This document shows, piece after piece, positions 26,489 through 39,900 of a stretch of 64,000 nt of DNA; the first letter of the stretch is position 1, and each line of letters opens with the position of its first letter. The translations under genes were made by a program, and so were the position numbers. The stretch is from Macrostomum hystrix (lineage: Eukaryota > Animalia > Platyhelminthes). The notes under the pieces were generated by a model. That model was not told the origin of the DNA and ran no database searches. It worked only from the letters and a program-made list of their open reading frames with translations. The stretch covers positions 27,404,001-27,468,000 of the forward strand of contig CATNEN010000038.1 of the NCBI GenBank assembly GCA_950097015.1, read 5' to 3'.

Positions 26489-28206
26489 CACAGATTCTAT
26501 ATTATCTAGATGCGCCACTGCAGCAATTTCTAATGCATTCAGTTGCCGCTTTCAATGCCTCTGCGAAAAACCCAGGGTTTATGCCACAGACATTTTACGC
26601 TGCTGCAGTCAAGCGGCAGCCATGATCACAGATTCTATATTATATTATATTAGCCATGATCGTCTCTCACTTGCAAGCAGAGCTGCAGATTTTAAGGCTG
26701 GCACAGCGCAATCCTCCACAACTGATTACGAACACCAACCAGTGATGAGCGGGCATCGCTGCTGCGCTGCTGCTTGTGATTCGAGGGAGAACACGCCAGT
26801 TTCACAACATGGCTTCGCTGTGCACCTGCATCAGTTTCCGAGCGATGATGAGGTGGCAGCGCAATGGATTCGAGTGCTAGAGCTCCAGAATATGGATGTG
26901 CAGACTGCGCGAAGCCGTAGGCTGAAGGTTTGCAGCCTGCACTTTAAGGACTCGGACTACCCCATCGCACCACGTGACAGGCGCTCGGCTCGGTTGAGGA
27001 AAGACGTTCCATGGCCTGCAACTTTCCCTCCGCGATTGCAGCGCATGGACTGGGAGCCTGAGCCACTGCCGGATGACATCGCTGACAACATCTATCCACC
27101 GGTCCTGCATCGCATAGATTCACCTGACGGCTCAGAAACCTCGTTTTCTGCTCAATCTGAGGCGCCAGCCTGTGATTCGCCAGCTCTGTCGACACATGCG
27201 ATTGCAGAATTACGACTGAAAGTGAAGAGGATGAGAGACAGAATTCGGAGCAAGGATCGTGCTATCAAGCGACTGCAGCGGAAGGATTTAAAATCTGGCA
27301 AACCCAGCCACAATTTTGATCTGCGTGTGCGCCCGACATCAATTGCCGCACCAGCCACCATCCGCAACCGCGGCGTTCGCTGGAGTCGTGAGCATATTCG
27401 GAACGCCATATCAACTCACCATCTTAGCCCTGCAGCCTACAAATACCTGCGACAACAGCCCGACGCTGCGCTGCCATCGCTCACTGCGCTCAAGCGAAGG
27501 ACTCGATTGTTCTTTGCGGAGCCTGGGCCCTGCAGGTTCACCATCGCCGAGCTCAAGAGATCAATCGCAGAACGACCCACGCACGAGAGGATCGCTACAC
27601 TCAGCTTGGATGGAATGCGGATCTCACCCTCGATTCGATACGATGCGGCACGAGATGTCATCGTGGGAATCACTCCGAGCTCCGCATTCTTGGAAACAGC
27701 GAAGCCGATCAACCAAGCGGTGGTGAGCAAGAGGATGTTACTCTGCCTTTCTGCCAAGAGCATTTGCGCGATGGCAACGCGCGAGCTAGGCGACTCTTCG
27801 TCAGAACTCGCCTGCATCACTGGTGCAGGCAGAGAATGAGGGCGATCCGGAGGGAGCGGGATTGCGTTGCAGCTAAGCGCAAGTTGAGCAAGTTGCAGTG
27901 ACTTGCAGTGAGTTCTGTATCGATTTTGCTGAGAATTAAAGCTTAATCAATCGTCAAATTTGATGATATGTTGCACTCCGCCCTTTGATATTTTGTTTTT
28001 TTGCATTGTTCGTCCCTGATGATGGGCTCACTGTATCTATCAGGTCCAATATAACGTGAAAAAATCAGATAGGAATAAAAGCAAGCATTTAATTGCTGAT
28101 CGCTTGCTCCATAGACACTTACTTGTCTGTGGTCAAAATACCTGGGTTTTCGCGCAGCGGCCAGCTGGGGTATGAGTGACGCATCTAGGTAATATAGAAT
28201 CTATTG
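26489..28206 (+). mobile_element. Inner P-element-like transposon with THAP transposase, 7-bp TSD TATAGAG
   Basis: TIRs CACAGATTCTATATTATCTAGATGCG / CGCATCTAGGTAATATAGAATCTATTG; TSD at 26482-26488 and 28207-28213. Confidence 0.85.
26744..27839 (+). pseudogene. THAP-domain P-element/THAP9-like transposase, internally deleted
   Basis: THAP finger CCAAAC..LHQFP..QW..VCSLHF; coiled coil; LSPAAYKYLR..LPSLTAL; first catalytic Asp in TLSLDGMRI..YD...D.IVG; remainder of the DDE core absent. Confidence 0.85.
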
Positions 28207-29889
28207 TATAGAGTGCCAAAAAGGACGAAAATCTGAAGCCGATTTTTAGTATCCACCCACCCCCTCCGGTCACCAAGCTTTTTAGTCTATGGCACAAGTT
28301 GTGGCTAGAAAGCCAATGCTCAAAAATACGAGTATACATAGAAAAATACAAGTAGAGCATGTAGCTGGACGAATACCACGCATGCTTAAAATGTCCTCAA
28401 GACTTTATTTCTGTATCTATTCTGCAACCGTACGTACATTGATTGCATTGTGTAAGGAGAAAAGAAGTTGAGCAGGATTCTTGCAGCAGAGTCGAAAAGA
28501 CAAAAACATAAGTGATAAACAGGCAGAGTGAAGGTGCAGCAGTGGGAAAAACAAAAAAAGTAATAAACAGGCAGAGCGACAGAAAACAGTACTATGAGCA
28601 AATAAGCACGAAGTGGCATGGCTGTTGTTGTTCGGACGTAAGGGCTATATGGCATGGCTGTCATGTTACCGAGTTGTGAATCGACGACGGCAACTGAGTC
28701 TGGTGACAGAGCAATGTTGTCTTGCTTATTTGATACATGCATTTTCTAATGTGAAATGTCTTATATTTCTGAATATTGGCTTTGTACACCATTCTAGCCA
28801 CAACTTGTGCCATAGACTAAAAAGTTTGGTGACCGGAGGGGGTGGGTGGATTCTAAAAATCGGCTTCAGATTTTCATCCTTATTGGCACTCTACTAGGCG
28901 ACCTCAATACTCTTTGGTCGCAGGCATTTAATTTCAATTTTTATTTTTAATAGAATAGAAAACGCGTTCGTCTATGACATTCACGAGCCAATAGTCTAAG
29001 GAACGGGTGGGACAAGGATGCTAAAAGTGAAAATTGGGCAAACAAAATTAGCTGGCTCAGAATAGCACTCCATACTATTTTTTCCTCCATGACTAGAAAG
29101 CAAAAGGGTACACGTATAGGACAAATTTTTCATTCGAACAATTAATGAATTAATTGGCCATTTTCAAAGTTGAGATTAAAGTCTAATTATGAATATCCCG
29201 CCTGTAGGCATTCTATATACACAAATAGAAAGTCCATAAAGCAGTTTTCGCCAAAACAATTTACCAAGAACCAGACCAGCTAAATTTAGAGCTTCGTCTT
29301 GCATCATTTCCAGCAAAAACGTGAATTCCTTCACGTTTCGTCTTCAAAATGACGTCGCCCGGGGTGTCGCAACCGATTATACAACGAACATAGACCTGGA
29401 TGGATTTGAAGGTCCACGTGTAATGGGACAACTGAATGTGAATTTTGACAGGCAGCCCAAACAGCAGCTGTTGCCAACAACACGCAATCATGGCATTGGT
29501 TGGCCCTGCCTGGCATCCAATAGAAATCCTACAGGGACTGAGACTAGGCCTTTCCAAAACAGGCCGCTATAGCATGCCGTCGGGGCTGGAAAAGCCGCTT
29601 CTGACCCACCCCTACACCGCCCTCCGCTTGTTTCACCACCTCACATCGATCGGGCCTATATATTGCAAGTCTAGCTTGCTAATCGTTACTCAAAAATCTA
29701 GCTTGCTAATCGTTACTCAAAAATCTTCTAAATTATTCTGTCAAGATATTCCTGGTTCGCTGCAGCATCAAATCGGGCATATTTGGTACGTAATCGCGCC
29801 GAGATTCATTTCTTTAAGGTTAAAAAACGAACGGTATTGGACAATCTTTCAGTTGAATTTCAAATTTCAGACTGAATCTGTATAGAGAC

Positions 29890-30482
29890 ATGGCAGATCG
29901 TCGCCTAGTTCTACTGACCACATTTGTCCTTGCTGGATGCCTCATGGTAGCACAGGCCTACAAATACGAATGCCTGACCAATGACACGCCCGAAACTTCA
30001 ATTGGTCAGTATGAGATCATCAAAATGAAACGCCCTCTAGACAACTGCGACTGGAACTTCGGTTTCTGCGATTTCGCCGTCATGCTATCCACTGATCGGT
30101 ACGACAAGTCTAGCACCATCTACCTGCTGACGGCCTTTACTCACTCCTGTCTGGCTTCTAAGAACAATATCATCAGGTAGGCTGATGAGCTACTGAAACA
30201 AAAATTTGGTTGTACTAAGTAACTAATATTGGTTTTATAAAAAATTTTAGAGCCTTTGAAAATCAGGACACGGAAGTGACATTCCACAAGATTGGAACTA
30301 ACTGTCGCAATCTGAGTTCGACGCATATCAACAACTGGCGCCGGAATCGCTACATATTCAACGGTCTGACGCAGTGCATTGACAGCCTATGTCTGCCGGA
30401 CCATCTGCTTGGCCATTGGCACGTATTTCAGCACGAGATGTGCCGCGAATACCTGGCCGAGAATCCACCTTCCAGAACTTGA
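29890..30482 (+). CDS. Small secreted Cys-rich protein of unknown family, 2 exons, ~172 aa
   Basis: Signal peptide MADRRLVLLTTFVLAGCLMVAQA; exons 29890-30176 and 30251-30482 joined by a 74-bp phase-2 GT-AG intron with an ACTAAT branch motif; 8 Cys in the mature chain. Confidence 0.7.
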
Positions 30483-32904
30483 CCGATGAATGCGAATGAA
30501 TATGCCTATGAGTACGAAAGCGCAACTATCTGCGGTGAAAGGACTTTGAACTCACACATTTTAAACGCCATTTTATTTTCCAGTTTTTCTTGAACAACTC
30601 TGACTTACAGAGCAAAAAATATACTTTGATCTCGAAGCGAGCATGCAAACCAAATGCTTATTTTTGATTGAATTTTCATTGCGCCATGGATATTACGGAA
30701 TAAAGTGATTAACGAATGCTTTGAACTGCTCCTTGAAGGCTCCAGACAGAAATCTAAATTGTTAAAAATAATTTGTATATCCTGCTTCAAGCAGACTAAA
30801 ATGATGTTTTACCATAGACACAGGAATCTCTGCACGACTGTGCAAGACAGCCGCTTGGTATTGTGTAGATCAGCGTCGATTTGAACTGCCAAGAAGTCAT
30901 TGACATATAACCAAGTGTGCGTAAACGTCTCAAGCTTGTGTATAGTTTATGGCCCAAAGGCCATCAAAGAAATAGATTGAAGTGTGCAGTAAATTCCGCA
31001 ACTGTGCGGTAAATCTTGCCCCACTTGATCTCCGTGCCATCCCTCTTCTGAGATACTATGCAGTAAATCCCAGACGGGTATTGTCTATGGGCCGAAGGAG
31101 CTGGTCTTGCGCACACACACTTGGTCATAAATCAATGACACTTATGCTAGGCTTCCTAGTGCGTAAATAGTCTATGGCACTCGTGCGCTGCTGAATTGCA
31201 GGAATTTTCGGACAAACGACAAAAACTGATAGGCAATTTTTGTGAAGCCACATTTAATTTGAATTTAGTACAGAAGTGAAAATTTCGTGCTAGTCTATGG
31301 TAAAAATAAATGCTAAATCGTTTGGTAATCACGAGCCATTGGGGGCTTGTTAAGTACGAACTTTTATAAAGTATTAAAAATAAAATACGGCAATATATGT
31401 AAGGTATACTGACTTTACCAAACAGATAAGTCAATATTGTAACCTTTGAAAGTCTCTTTTAAACTGACCCAGTCTGTCTGTTCAGCAGCAAAAGTTACAC
31501 AGGCCACTGCCGACTTTCATTCTTCCTGTCGCGTTCAATTTCAGAGATGCACTGCCACCTGAATCGCTTGCAGAGCTAAATTTGATAACTAGCTTGCGAA
31601 TTGAGCTCTATAACTTATTATTTGTGTATGGCATTTCCGTTGCGATTCCGCTGCGGCACATATCATTGCAGCTGCCACCGAAACAGAGTTAAAAATCTAT
31701 TTGAAGAATTTATCTGATGTCAGAAAGTACACCAAGCTGGTTAAGACAGCAGATGATAAATCATTAACCCCCCAGATGGAACTGTGACAATAATCAGCTC
31801 ATTTAACAGACCAGACAATCTATCGCTAAATAACATATTTTTCTTAAATTATAAAATACCAAATTCTAAAATAGCACATATTCACAGCAGCTGATTAATC
31901 ATTTCCGCTATAGCGGTGGAAGTTCCTCATAGCGTCTCTTTGGTAGTACTCGCCGTTTTTTAGAAAAGTTAAACCGGGTCGATCCGGTTCTAGCCTGATC
32001 GACTGACAACGCGTGGGCGTGTCTGACATCTGGCAGCTTTACTCTGACCAATTCACGAACTTGAAAAATGAACTCCTATAAAGTGAACTTGTACAGGGAC
32101 GATGTCTGCTAAAAATAAAGCATTAGATTGAAGACATCCTGTCTGGTGGGCCAACCTACCAGAATTGTAAAAGCTCACGCTAGTTCCGTTCTTAATCAAT
32201 CGTTCATCTTGGAAATTGACGCAGGCCCTCTCAGCAGGCTGGCAGTTAAAGTGCAACATGGGGTGGTTCTAAATCAGTTATGGACTGTTATATTATTATA
32301 TTATTATATTATTTTATTATTATATGGACTTTTAGAGGGGTGCGTACAAATGATTGACAGGGCAAATCTTTTTCTGTAGTCTGGAATTTTCGCACCCTAA
32401 GTATTCAACTAATTCAACTAACACAGTCTGCAGTCAGACATCACTCCAAGATGATGCCTGTCTGGGTAATCGTATCTTTATCTTCAGGAAGCTTCAAGGA
32501 ACCAAGGGCCGCTTGCCTCTCTGGATTAGCAACAAAGAGCAGCAAAATTTGGACTAGGTTGACGTCATGTGTTTTAGACTAGCTTGTCCGATTAACCTTT
32601 AGAATTAGAATGAGGGGCCGAGGGACTTAAACCGGCCGAATTGGGTTCCAAAAAAATTAACGTCCCGTCTTAGAAAAGGCTTACAAATGTAGGCGTTATT
32701 TTAACATATTAATAAGCTATGAAAAACTAGTTCTGAATCAAACATAAACAAATATGCGTTTAGTGATTTATATTAGAAAAAAGCAACATTTATAAGCAGA
32801 ATTTACGAATAGTCACATATTTAGCTCAGATTATCTCCAATATTCCAAAACTTATTATCCCAATACAGCTAGCGCAAATCCCACATCTTCAAACTGAAAC
32901 CGTC

Positions 32905-33235
32905 ATTTCCCACACCCACCATGATGTCCCATATCTTCAAATCCCACACCCACCATGATGTCCCATATCTTCAAATCCCACACCCACCATGATGTCCCAT
33001 ATCTTCAAATCCCACACCCACCATGATGTCCCATATCTTCAAATCCCACACCCACCATGATGTCCCATATCTTGAAATCCCACACCCACCATGGTGTCCC
33101 ATATCTTCAAATCCCACACCCACCATGATGTCCCATATCTTCAAATCCCACACCTTCAAATCCCATATCTTGAAATCCCACACCCACCATGGTGTCCCAT
33201 ATCTTCAAATCCCATATCTTGAAATCCTACACCGT
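32905..33235. repeat. 34-bp minisatellite (CCCACACCCACCATGATGTCCCATATCTTCAAAT)n
   Basis: Tandem units just 3' of the calmodulin-like CDS. Confidence 0.92.
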
Positions 33236-33343
33236 CACATGCCACACCGTCAATCACACACCGTCACATCCCACACGTCACATCCCACGCGCCACATCTC
33301 TCGCCCAAGCCGCAAACTCAGTCTGAATTGTACTTGGCCGGAC

Positions 33344-35530
33344 TCACTCCAGCATGCGTTGCACAAAGTCCTCATAGTTAATGTTGCCATCCATGTCTGG
33401 CTTGGCAGCTTGGAGCAGGGCGTCGATTTCTTCGTCGGTGTAGCACTCGCCAACCTGGGTCAGGACGTTGCGAATCTCGGCAGCCGAGACGAAGCCGTTA
33501 GCGTCGCGATCGAAAACTCGAAATGCGTCAGTGATGTCCTCCGAGCTGATATCGTCGTGGGCTTTGCGTGCTGCCAAGAGTTCGAATTGCTCATAGGTCA
33601 TGCCGTTGATGGTCACTGAACCGTCCGTGTCAATCTCGTCGATCATGCCCTGTTTAATCAACATTCGTTTTTTGTAGGATAGTTGCAGAAGGGCTGCAGA
33701 CAATGGCACATCATTTGGTGACACTAGCTTTGTTGCTGCTTCTTTTTCTTCTAATCGTCCGTTCTCCATTCTTCCATTCTCAACAGTGAAACACGTAAGT
33801 ACCTGTTTATTATTTTCCTTATTTATTAGGCTTTTATTGGGTTTGAGTATAAATAATAAGCGCTTTCGATTAGCTACTGTCAAAGCAAATATTTGTTAGC
33901 TTTTTTACTACTTTTCTCGCTATGAGAAAAGTATTTTTCGAGTGCAGCAGGTGTTATTTGATACAAAACTAAGGAAATATTTTTCGAGCATTCGAGCATA
34001 GCAAAATGCGTTATTCTTTTCAAGCGTTATTCGAACGTTTTTTTCGAGCATTGCTTTAAGGATTATTGGTATCAAAACTAAATGAAGACTGTTCGAGCAT
34101 ACCTACGCTCTGTTGGCGTTATTTTATTTTCAAAACTAAAGAAATATGTTTTGATGATTGCTGCAATCGTTATTAGATTCAAAACTATGAGAAAATATTT
34201 TATTTATACTCGTATCTAGTGGCGTTGTTCTTTTTAAAATTAAGCTTTTTTTGAGCAGGCCAGCTTGCGGCATTTTTTCTATATTTCAACTAATAATATC
34301 TCGAAGGAGAAATAGAATATAGCGGTAGATGTGAATGGATAGCATGCATGACATATCACGTAGATTGCATGGCATTGGTGGAGAAAGGCATTAGATATCT
34401 AGGGAATATCTTGAAGCGAGAGCATCATGAGATTTCCAGGAGAACAAAGAGATTTATTGGGGATAAAATACTTAAAGGAAATAACATTTTCTCAAGAGGA
34501 TAGAACGATTTATTGAGGGGGTAGCATGCATTTTGAGGGTTAGCATAAATTTCTAAAAAGGAAAGCATGAATTATCGCGGCGGGAAGCATGAATTATCGA
34601 GGGTACAGCATGAGTTATCGATTGGGTAGCATGAATAATTGACGGAATAGAATGAATTATCGAGGGAAAAGCATAAATAATTGAGGGGGAAAGCATGAAT
34701 TACCGAGGTGAGGCATGAAATATCGAAGGGGAAACATGAGTTATAGAGTGAGAAGTATGAACGATTGAGGGGAAGCATGATTTATTGAGGGGTAGAATGC
34801 TTTATCAAAAGGGTAGCATTCTTTTGACATAATGAAACACTTTCGTAATTGCACAGCTACTTTCCATGCAGGTTTATGCTCCCTAAAGGGGGCATAGTTG
34901 CTAGTCAAATATACTAAAAGTGAAAATATTGTTAGTTTGCAATCCCGAATGGCTTAACCGATTTTCACAATCCCTTCACCAAAATGTGTCAAATGCGCCC
35001 GAATCAGTACTGGCATTTTCATTAAGCTAAGCTTCATTGCCAAGGAGATGATATATTCGAAAATCTGTTTTAAATAGGCTTCTCTAATGCATTTTATGCA
35101 CGGTGAGGGCTCCATTACAAGATTGCGCCAAGCCATTTTCGGCAAAAAACCATTTTTGCGAGCGCACTGATAAGAGGCCACTCGGAGGGTGGCGAAAGGC
35201 AGCTAGTATTATACTAAGTCCTTAATGCCTAAGGTAAAGTATCAATAATATCAAATCAGAAACTCTAAATCTCACACTCTAAATCCTTGAACTTAAATCT
35301 CAAATTTTCGAATTTCATGTCTTAAAATAAGCAAATAGTCTAAAAATAAGCAATATAATGTGCAATACCTGAATCTCCAGCTTAGATGGATGAAAGCCCA
35401 GCTTCCTCATCATCATCTCTAGATCCTCAGGCAGAACAGTCTTCTCTTCGTTCTTAACAAACGAGTCAAACATGAGCTTGAACTCAACGCGCTGCTCTTC
35501 ACTGACTTCGTTCGGTTTTCCGCCAGACAT
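33344..35530 (-). CDS. Calmodulin-like EF-hand protein, ~155 aa
   Basis: Exons 35530-35369 (SEEQRVEFKLMF..LGFHPSKLEIQ) and 33649-33344 (GMIDEIDTDG..DAFRVFDRDANGFVSAAEIR..DMDGNINYEDF). EF1/EF2 degenerate, EF3 canonical. A donor-like GA|GTGAGT overlaps the stop, so the C-terminus could continue. Confidence 0.88.
34500..34820. repeat. Degenerate ~20-bp repeat (AGCATGAATTATCGAGGG..), calmodulin-like intron
   Basis: Recurrent AGCATGA / ATCGAGGG motif. Confidence 0.65.
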
Positions 35531-35624
35531 TGCGCCGGCTGTAGAAGATTTCTAGCTGCAAATAGTTATTTAGATTCCGCCTTGAAAACATTTTTATAAT
35601 ATTTACAAGCGAAGAAAAAATAGA

Positions 35625-36092
35625 GGTTAGAATGAAGAAGGGGAGAATGAAGAGGGGTAGAATGAAGAGGAAGAGGATAAAGAGGATAAGATGAAGAGAG
35701 GGGAGAATAGAGAGAGAAAAGAATAAAAATAGGGGAGAATGAAGAGAGAAAATAATAAAAATAAGGAGAATGAAGAGGGGTAGAATGAAGAGGGGTAGAA
35801 TGAAGAGGGGTAGAATGAAGAGGGGGAGAATGAATTAGAGGAGGAGAATGAAGTGGATGAGAATTAGGAGAGGGGAGAATGAAGAGGGGGATAATGAAGA
35901 GGAAGAGGATGAAGAGGATGAGAATGAAGATGGAAGAATGAAGAGGGGGATGAAGAGGGGAGAATGAAGAGGGTAGAATGAAGAGGGGAAGAATGAAAAA
36001 AAAGTGGAGAATGAAGCGAGGTGAGAATCAAAAGAGGGAAGAATAAGCAGAAGAGGGAATGAAGAGGGGAGAGGTGGTTTTGTAGAATGAAG
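35625..36092. repeat. Purine-rich low-complexity repeat (AGAATGAAGAGGGGT)n
   Basis: Degenerate 15-bp units. Confidence 0.85.
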
Positions 36093-36456
36093 TGAGTACA
36101 AAAATGCTTTAAAGGAAAATTATTTTCCAGTACTTTTATGCAAAAGTAAAAGTGCTTTTATAAAAAAGGTATTTATTCCTTCCTTTAAAGTAAAAGTGAA
36201 GGAATGATAATCAGCTGCCTTAAGTTGCCTTAATTGGCTCAAATCAGAAGCTGCAAAATACGCGAAGAATGATGGACCTCAATTCTATAATCAGATAAGC
36301 AAATGTCTCGAAAGAGCGTAGGTTATCAGATCTTGTATCCAACGTGTTTTATTTATTTCATTGTTATAATAAAATTTCATTACGAAACCTATAAGAAAAA
36401 TATATGCGTTGCGAGACAATACAAGGCTAATGCAAAGTTATACATAGCTCCCAATT

Positions 36457-36852
36457 ACCTGTTAGACACAGATAGTATCTACCTGTTAGACACAGATAGT
36501 ATCTACCTGTTAGACACAGATAGTATCTACCTGTTAGACACAGATAGTATCTACCTGTTAGACACAGATAGTATCTACCTGTTAGACACAGATAGTATCT
36601 ACCTGTTAGACACAGATAGTATCTACCTGTTAGACACAGATAGTATCTACCTGTTAGACACAGATAGTATCTACCTGTTAGACACAGACTGTATCCAACT
36701 GTTAGACACAGACTGTATCCAACTGTTAGACACAGACTGTATCCAACTGTTAGACACAGACTGTATTCAACTGTTAGACACAGACTGTATCCAACTGTTA
36801 GACACAGACTGTATCCAACTGTTAGACACAGACTGTATCCAAATTTTAGACA
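36457..36852. repeat. 21-bp minisatellite (CCTGTTAGACACAGATAGTATCTA-type), two homogeneous variant blocks
   Basis: YLLDTDSI-coding units followed by QLLDTDCI-coding units. Confidence 0.9.
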
Positions 36853-36977
36853 TGACAAACTATAGCAAAGGCAAGCTAAAGCTCAGATATTTATCACAAA
36901 ACCAAAGCAAGTAAAGTTGAAAGTCTACAAGAAAGCAAAAATAATGAAAAAGCAGATTCAGCAAAAATAAGTCCAGT

Positions 36978-39900
36978 CTAGCCTTTGCGCGCTAACGCCT
37001 GCTGCTTTCCCTTTACGCGACTAGCCGAGCCAGCGGTGGCCTGGTTGAGCGCCAGGGTTCGATTCTCCAATTGAGCCCTTCGCAATGCCAACTCCCGCTG
37101 CATCTCCATGGCCTGCAGAGATTGGAGGACGTTAGGAGATTTTAGTTGAAGGGTTTCTGTATCACTGGGGATTCTGTACGATTTGGGATTCTGAACGATT
37201 GGGATTCTGTACGATTGGGATTCTGTACGATTGGGATTCTGTACGATTGGGATTCTGTACGATTGGGATTCTGTACGATTGGGATTCTGTACGATTGGGA
37301 TTCTGTACGATTGGGATTCTGAACGATTGGGATTCTGTGCGATTGGGATTCTGAACGATTTTGGGATTCTGAACGATTGGGATTCTGTACCATTGGGATT
37401 CTGATCGATTGGGATTCTGTACCATTGGGATTCTGAACGATTGGGATTCTGAACGATTGGGATTCTGAACGATTGGGATTCTGAACGATTGGGATTCTGT
37501 ACCATTGGGATTCTGATCGATTGGGATTCTGTACCATTGGGATTCTGAACGATTGGGATTCTGAACGATTGGGATTCTGAACGATTGGGATTCTGAACGA
37601 TAGGGATTCTGAACGATTTTGGGATTCTGAACGATTGGGATTCTGTACCATTGGGATTCTGTACGATAGGGATTCTGTAATCAACAACTGACTTCTGTTA
37701 GAAAATAAATTTTTTCTAATCATTCCAAAGACTGGCATGTCACACTAAATGTAAACGTTTACCTTAGAAAAAAACTTTTTTTAAAAACATATTTTGATTT
37801 AGAGCGTGTGTGAATCGGGCAAGGCTTCTGAATTCCTAATAATTTGCAAACACTATGGGCAAGTGCTTGGCTGCAAAAAATAGCAAAAAATATTTAACGA
37901 TCGCAACAAAAGAAGTGCAAAATAACAGAAAACAGATTTTAAGCACAAAAAATACTAATGAGAAAATGCGCGTGTTTAAAAAAATGTTTAATGTGTGCGC
38001 GTGTTCATGTTTAAAAAAAAATCCACAAGACAAGCAGAAAAAAACGGAATAGTTTCTCGAGGTTTTTCTCCATTTTTTAATTTTAATTTCAAACGCCACA
38101 GATATTTTGCTTTGACGATGATTGGTTCGGAATAAAAGTACAATTTTTAGGTAATTTTTTACTATGAAATTAACAACTAGTTTTGTTTTGATTTACCATG
38201 CTGGCTAAAATAATTCTAAATAATCGTGTTTAAAGACTTTAAACTGAAGTTTGATATCTTAACGGAATCTTTAAGCATGGTATAACCGCAGTATTTAGGC
38301 ACATGTTTATTAGGTTACACCGTAAAACGATTTTTAGCAATTTAAATTAAACAAAACTTAAAACGCGAAAGAATGGCACGGCACTTCAGAGATTGAGTTA
38401 GAGAAAACTTTTTGTAGAAGAGATAGTTTGTCTTAGCGAATTTGATCTATATATATATTATCCAATTTTCTATGAAATAATAAAGTTTTCCAACTTTTTA
38501 CTTGAGGATTAGAGATCAGTGTTAATGGATTAGGGATTAGGTATTAATGATTGGATATGATTTAGGGATTCAAAATCCCAAATTATGGATTTTAGTTTTT
38601 TTTGTTTAGATAGTCAAAAAGTTTTTGACAATAAATAACTGTCGATTTAAGAAGAGTGAAATTGATCTGATTGTCAGTTATCTTGTGTCATTTTAAGATC
38701 TTTTTATTGTAATTTTAATTTTAATTTAAAATTCATTTAATTTTAATTTAATTTTTAATTTCATTTTTATTTTACGCTTATCTATTTTCTATATATATGA
38801 ATCGAGAAAGGTTTTTTGCAGTGCAAAGTAAATATGTGCTGTATTTCCAAGTTATTCAAATTGTTTACAGCCTACAGAAGAAGAAAAGATAACTTGATAG
38901 AAAGATAATACTCAAACTATAGATTTTGTAGGTACGTGTTATAGCTTTACTGACTAACCCAGAAGTGCTCGAATATTAGAGTTGTAGTCAATCACACAAA
39001 CACACCAGCCAATTTTTTTTAATCTAAGCTTAAATATAAGATTTGAAAAAATTGCACCTTTTCTTAATGATTGTTCTTCGATTCGGTTCTCAGTTCCACA
39101 GGGCCAAACGGCCAGTGGCTGTAAACAAAGATTTGCGAAGATCGTGCAGCTGCGTGCGAAACAGGCGGGATAAACAAAGGATTATCGGATTAGTGAGGCT
39201 TGTGTGACATTGTGACAGTGACCATAACTGCTTTTGTACACTAAAACAAATGCTATCAGCTTAATAATTACTCAAATTAGTTTCTAATATCTTAGTTGAA
39301 AACACGCGTTTTGCTTTTTACGTACTCGAAATGTGAATGGGAGTAGAATACAGGGGAAATGGGGCTAGAAGACATGGGAATTGGGGTAGAAGACAGGGGG
39401 AATGGGGCTAGAAGACATGGGAATTGAGGTAGAAGACATGGGAATGGGGTAGAAGACAGGGGAACTGAGGTAGAAGACAGGGGAATGGGGTAGAAGACAG
39501 GGGAACTGAGGTAGAAGACATGGGAATGGGGTAGAAGACATGGGAATGGGGTAGAAGACAGGGGAATGGGGTAGAAGACAGGGGAACTGAGGTAGAAGAC
39601 ATGGGAATGGGGTAGAAGACAGGGGAATTGAGGTAGAAGACATGGGAATGGGGTAGAAGACAGGGGAATGGAGTAGAAGACAGGGGAATTGAGGTAGAAG
39701 ACATGGGAATGGGGTAGAAGACATGGGAATGGGGTAGAAGACAGGGGAATGGGGTAGAAGACATGGGAATGGGGTAGAAGACAGGGGAACTGAGGTAGAA
39801 GACATGGGAATGGGGTAGAAGACAGGGGAATTGAGGTAGAAGACATGAGAATGGGGTAGAAGACACGGTAATGGGGTAGAAGACAGGGGAATGGAGTAGA

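Larger units (their letters stand above)
26459..28916. mobile_element. Middle non-autonomous P-type element, ~125-bp TIRs, 8-bp TSD GTCGCAGG
   Basis: TIR CAAAGAGTATTGAGGTCGCCTAGTA; TSD at 26451-26458 and 28917-28924; the left TIR resumes at 28207 after the inner insertion and matches 28793-28916 inverted. Confidence 0.9.
26307..29091. mobile_element. Outer non-autonomous TIR element (~100-bp imperfect TIRs, CATGGAGGAA...TTCCTCCATG)
   Basis: 26307-26412 is the inverted match of ~28963-29091 (GGAGTGCTATTCTGAGCCAGCTA; CTATTGGCTCGTGAATG); TSD not clean. Confidence 0.75.

Noticed and set aside
36303-36914. 203-aa (YLLDTDSI)n ORF and the 61995-62605 ORFs
   Set aside because: Minisatellite translations with no supporting gene features
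39060-39150. Extra LRRC27 exon (LHDLRKSLFTATGRLALWN*)
   Set aside because: Has an acceptor but stops early; the exon at 37112 continues the coiled coil better. Cannot be excluded as an alternative last exon.
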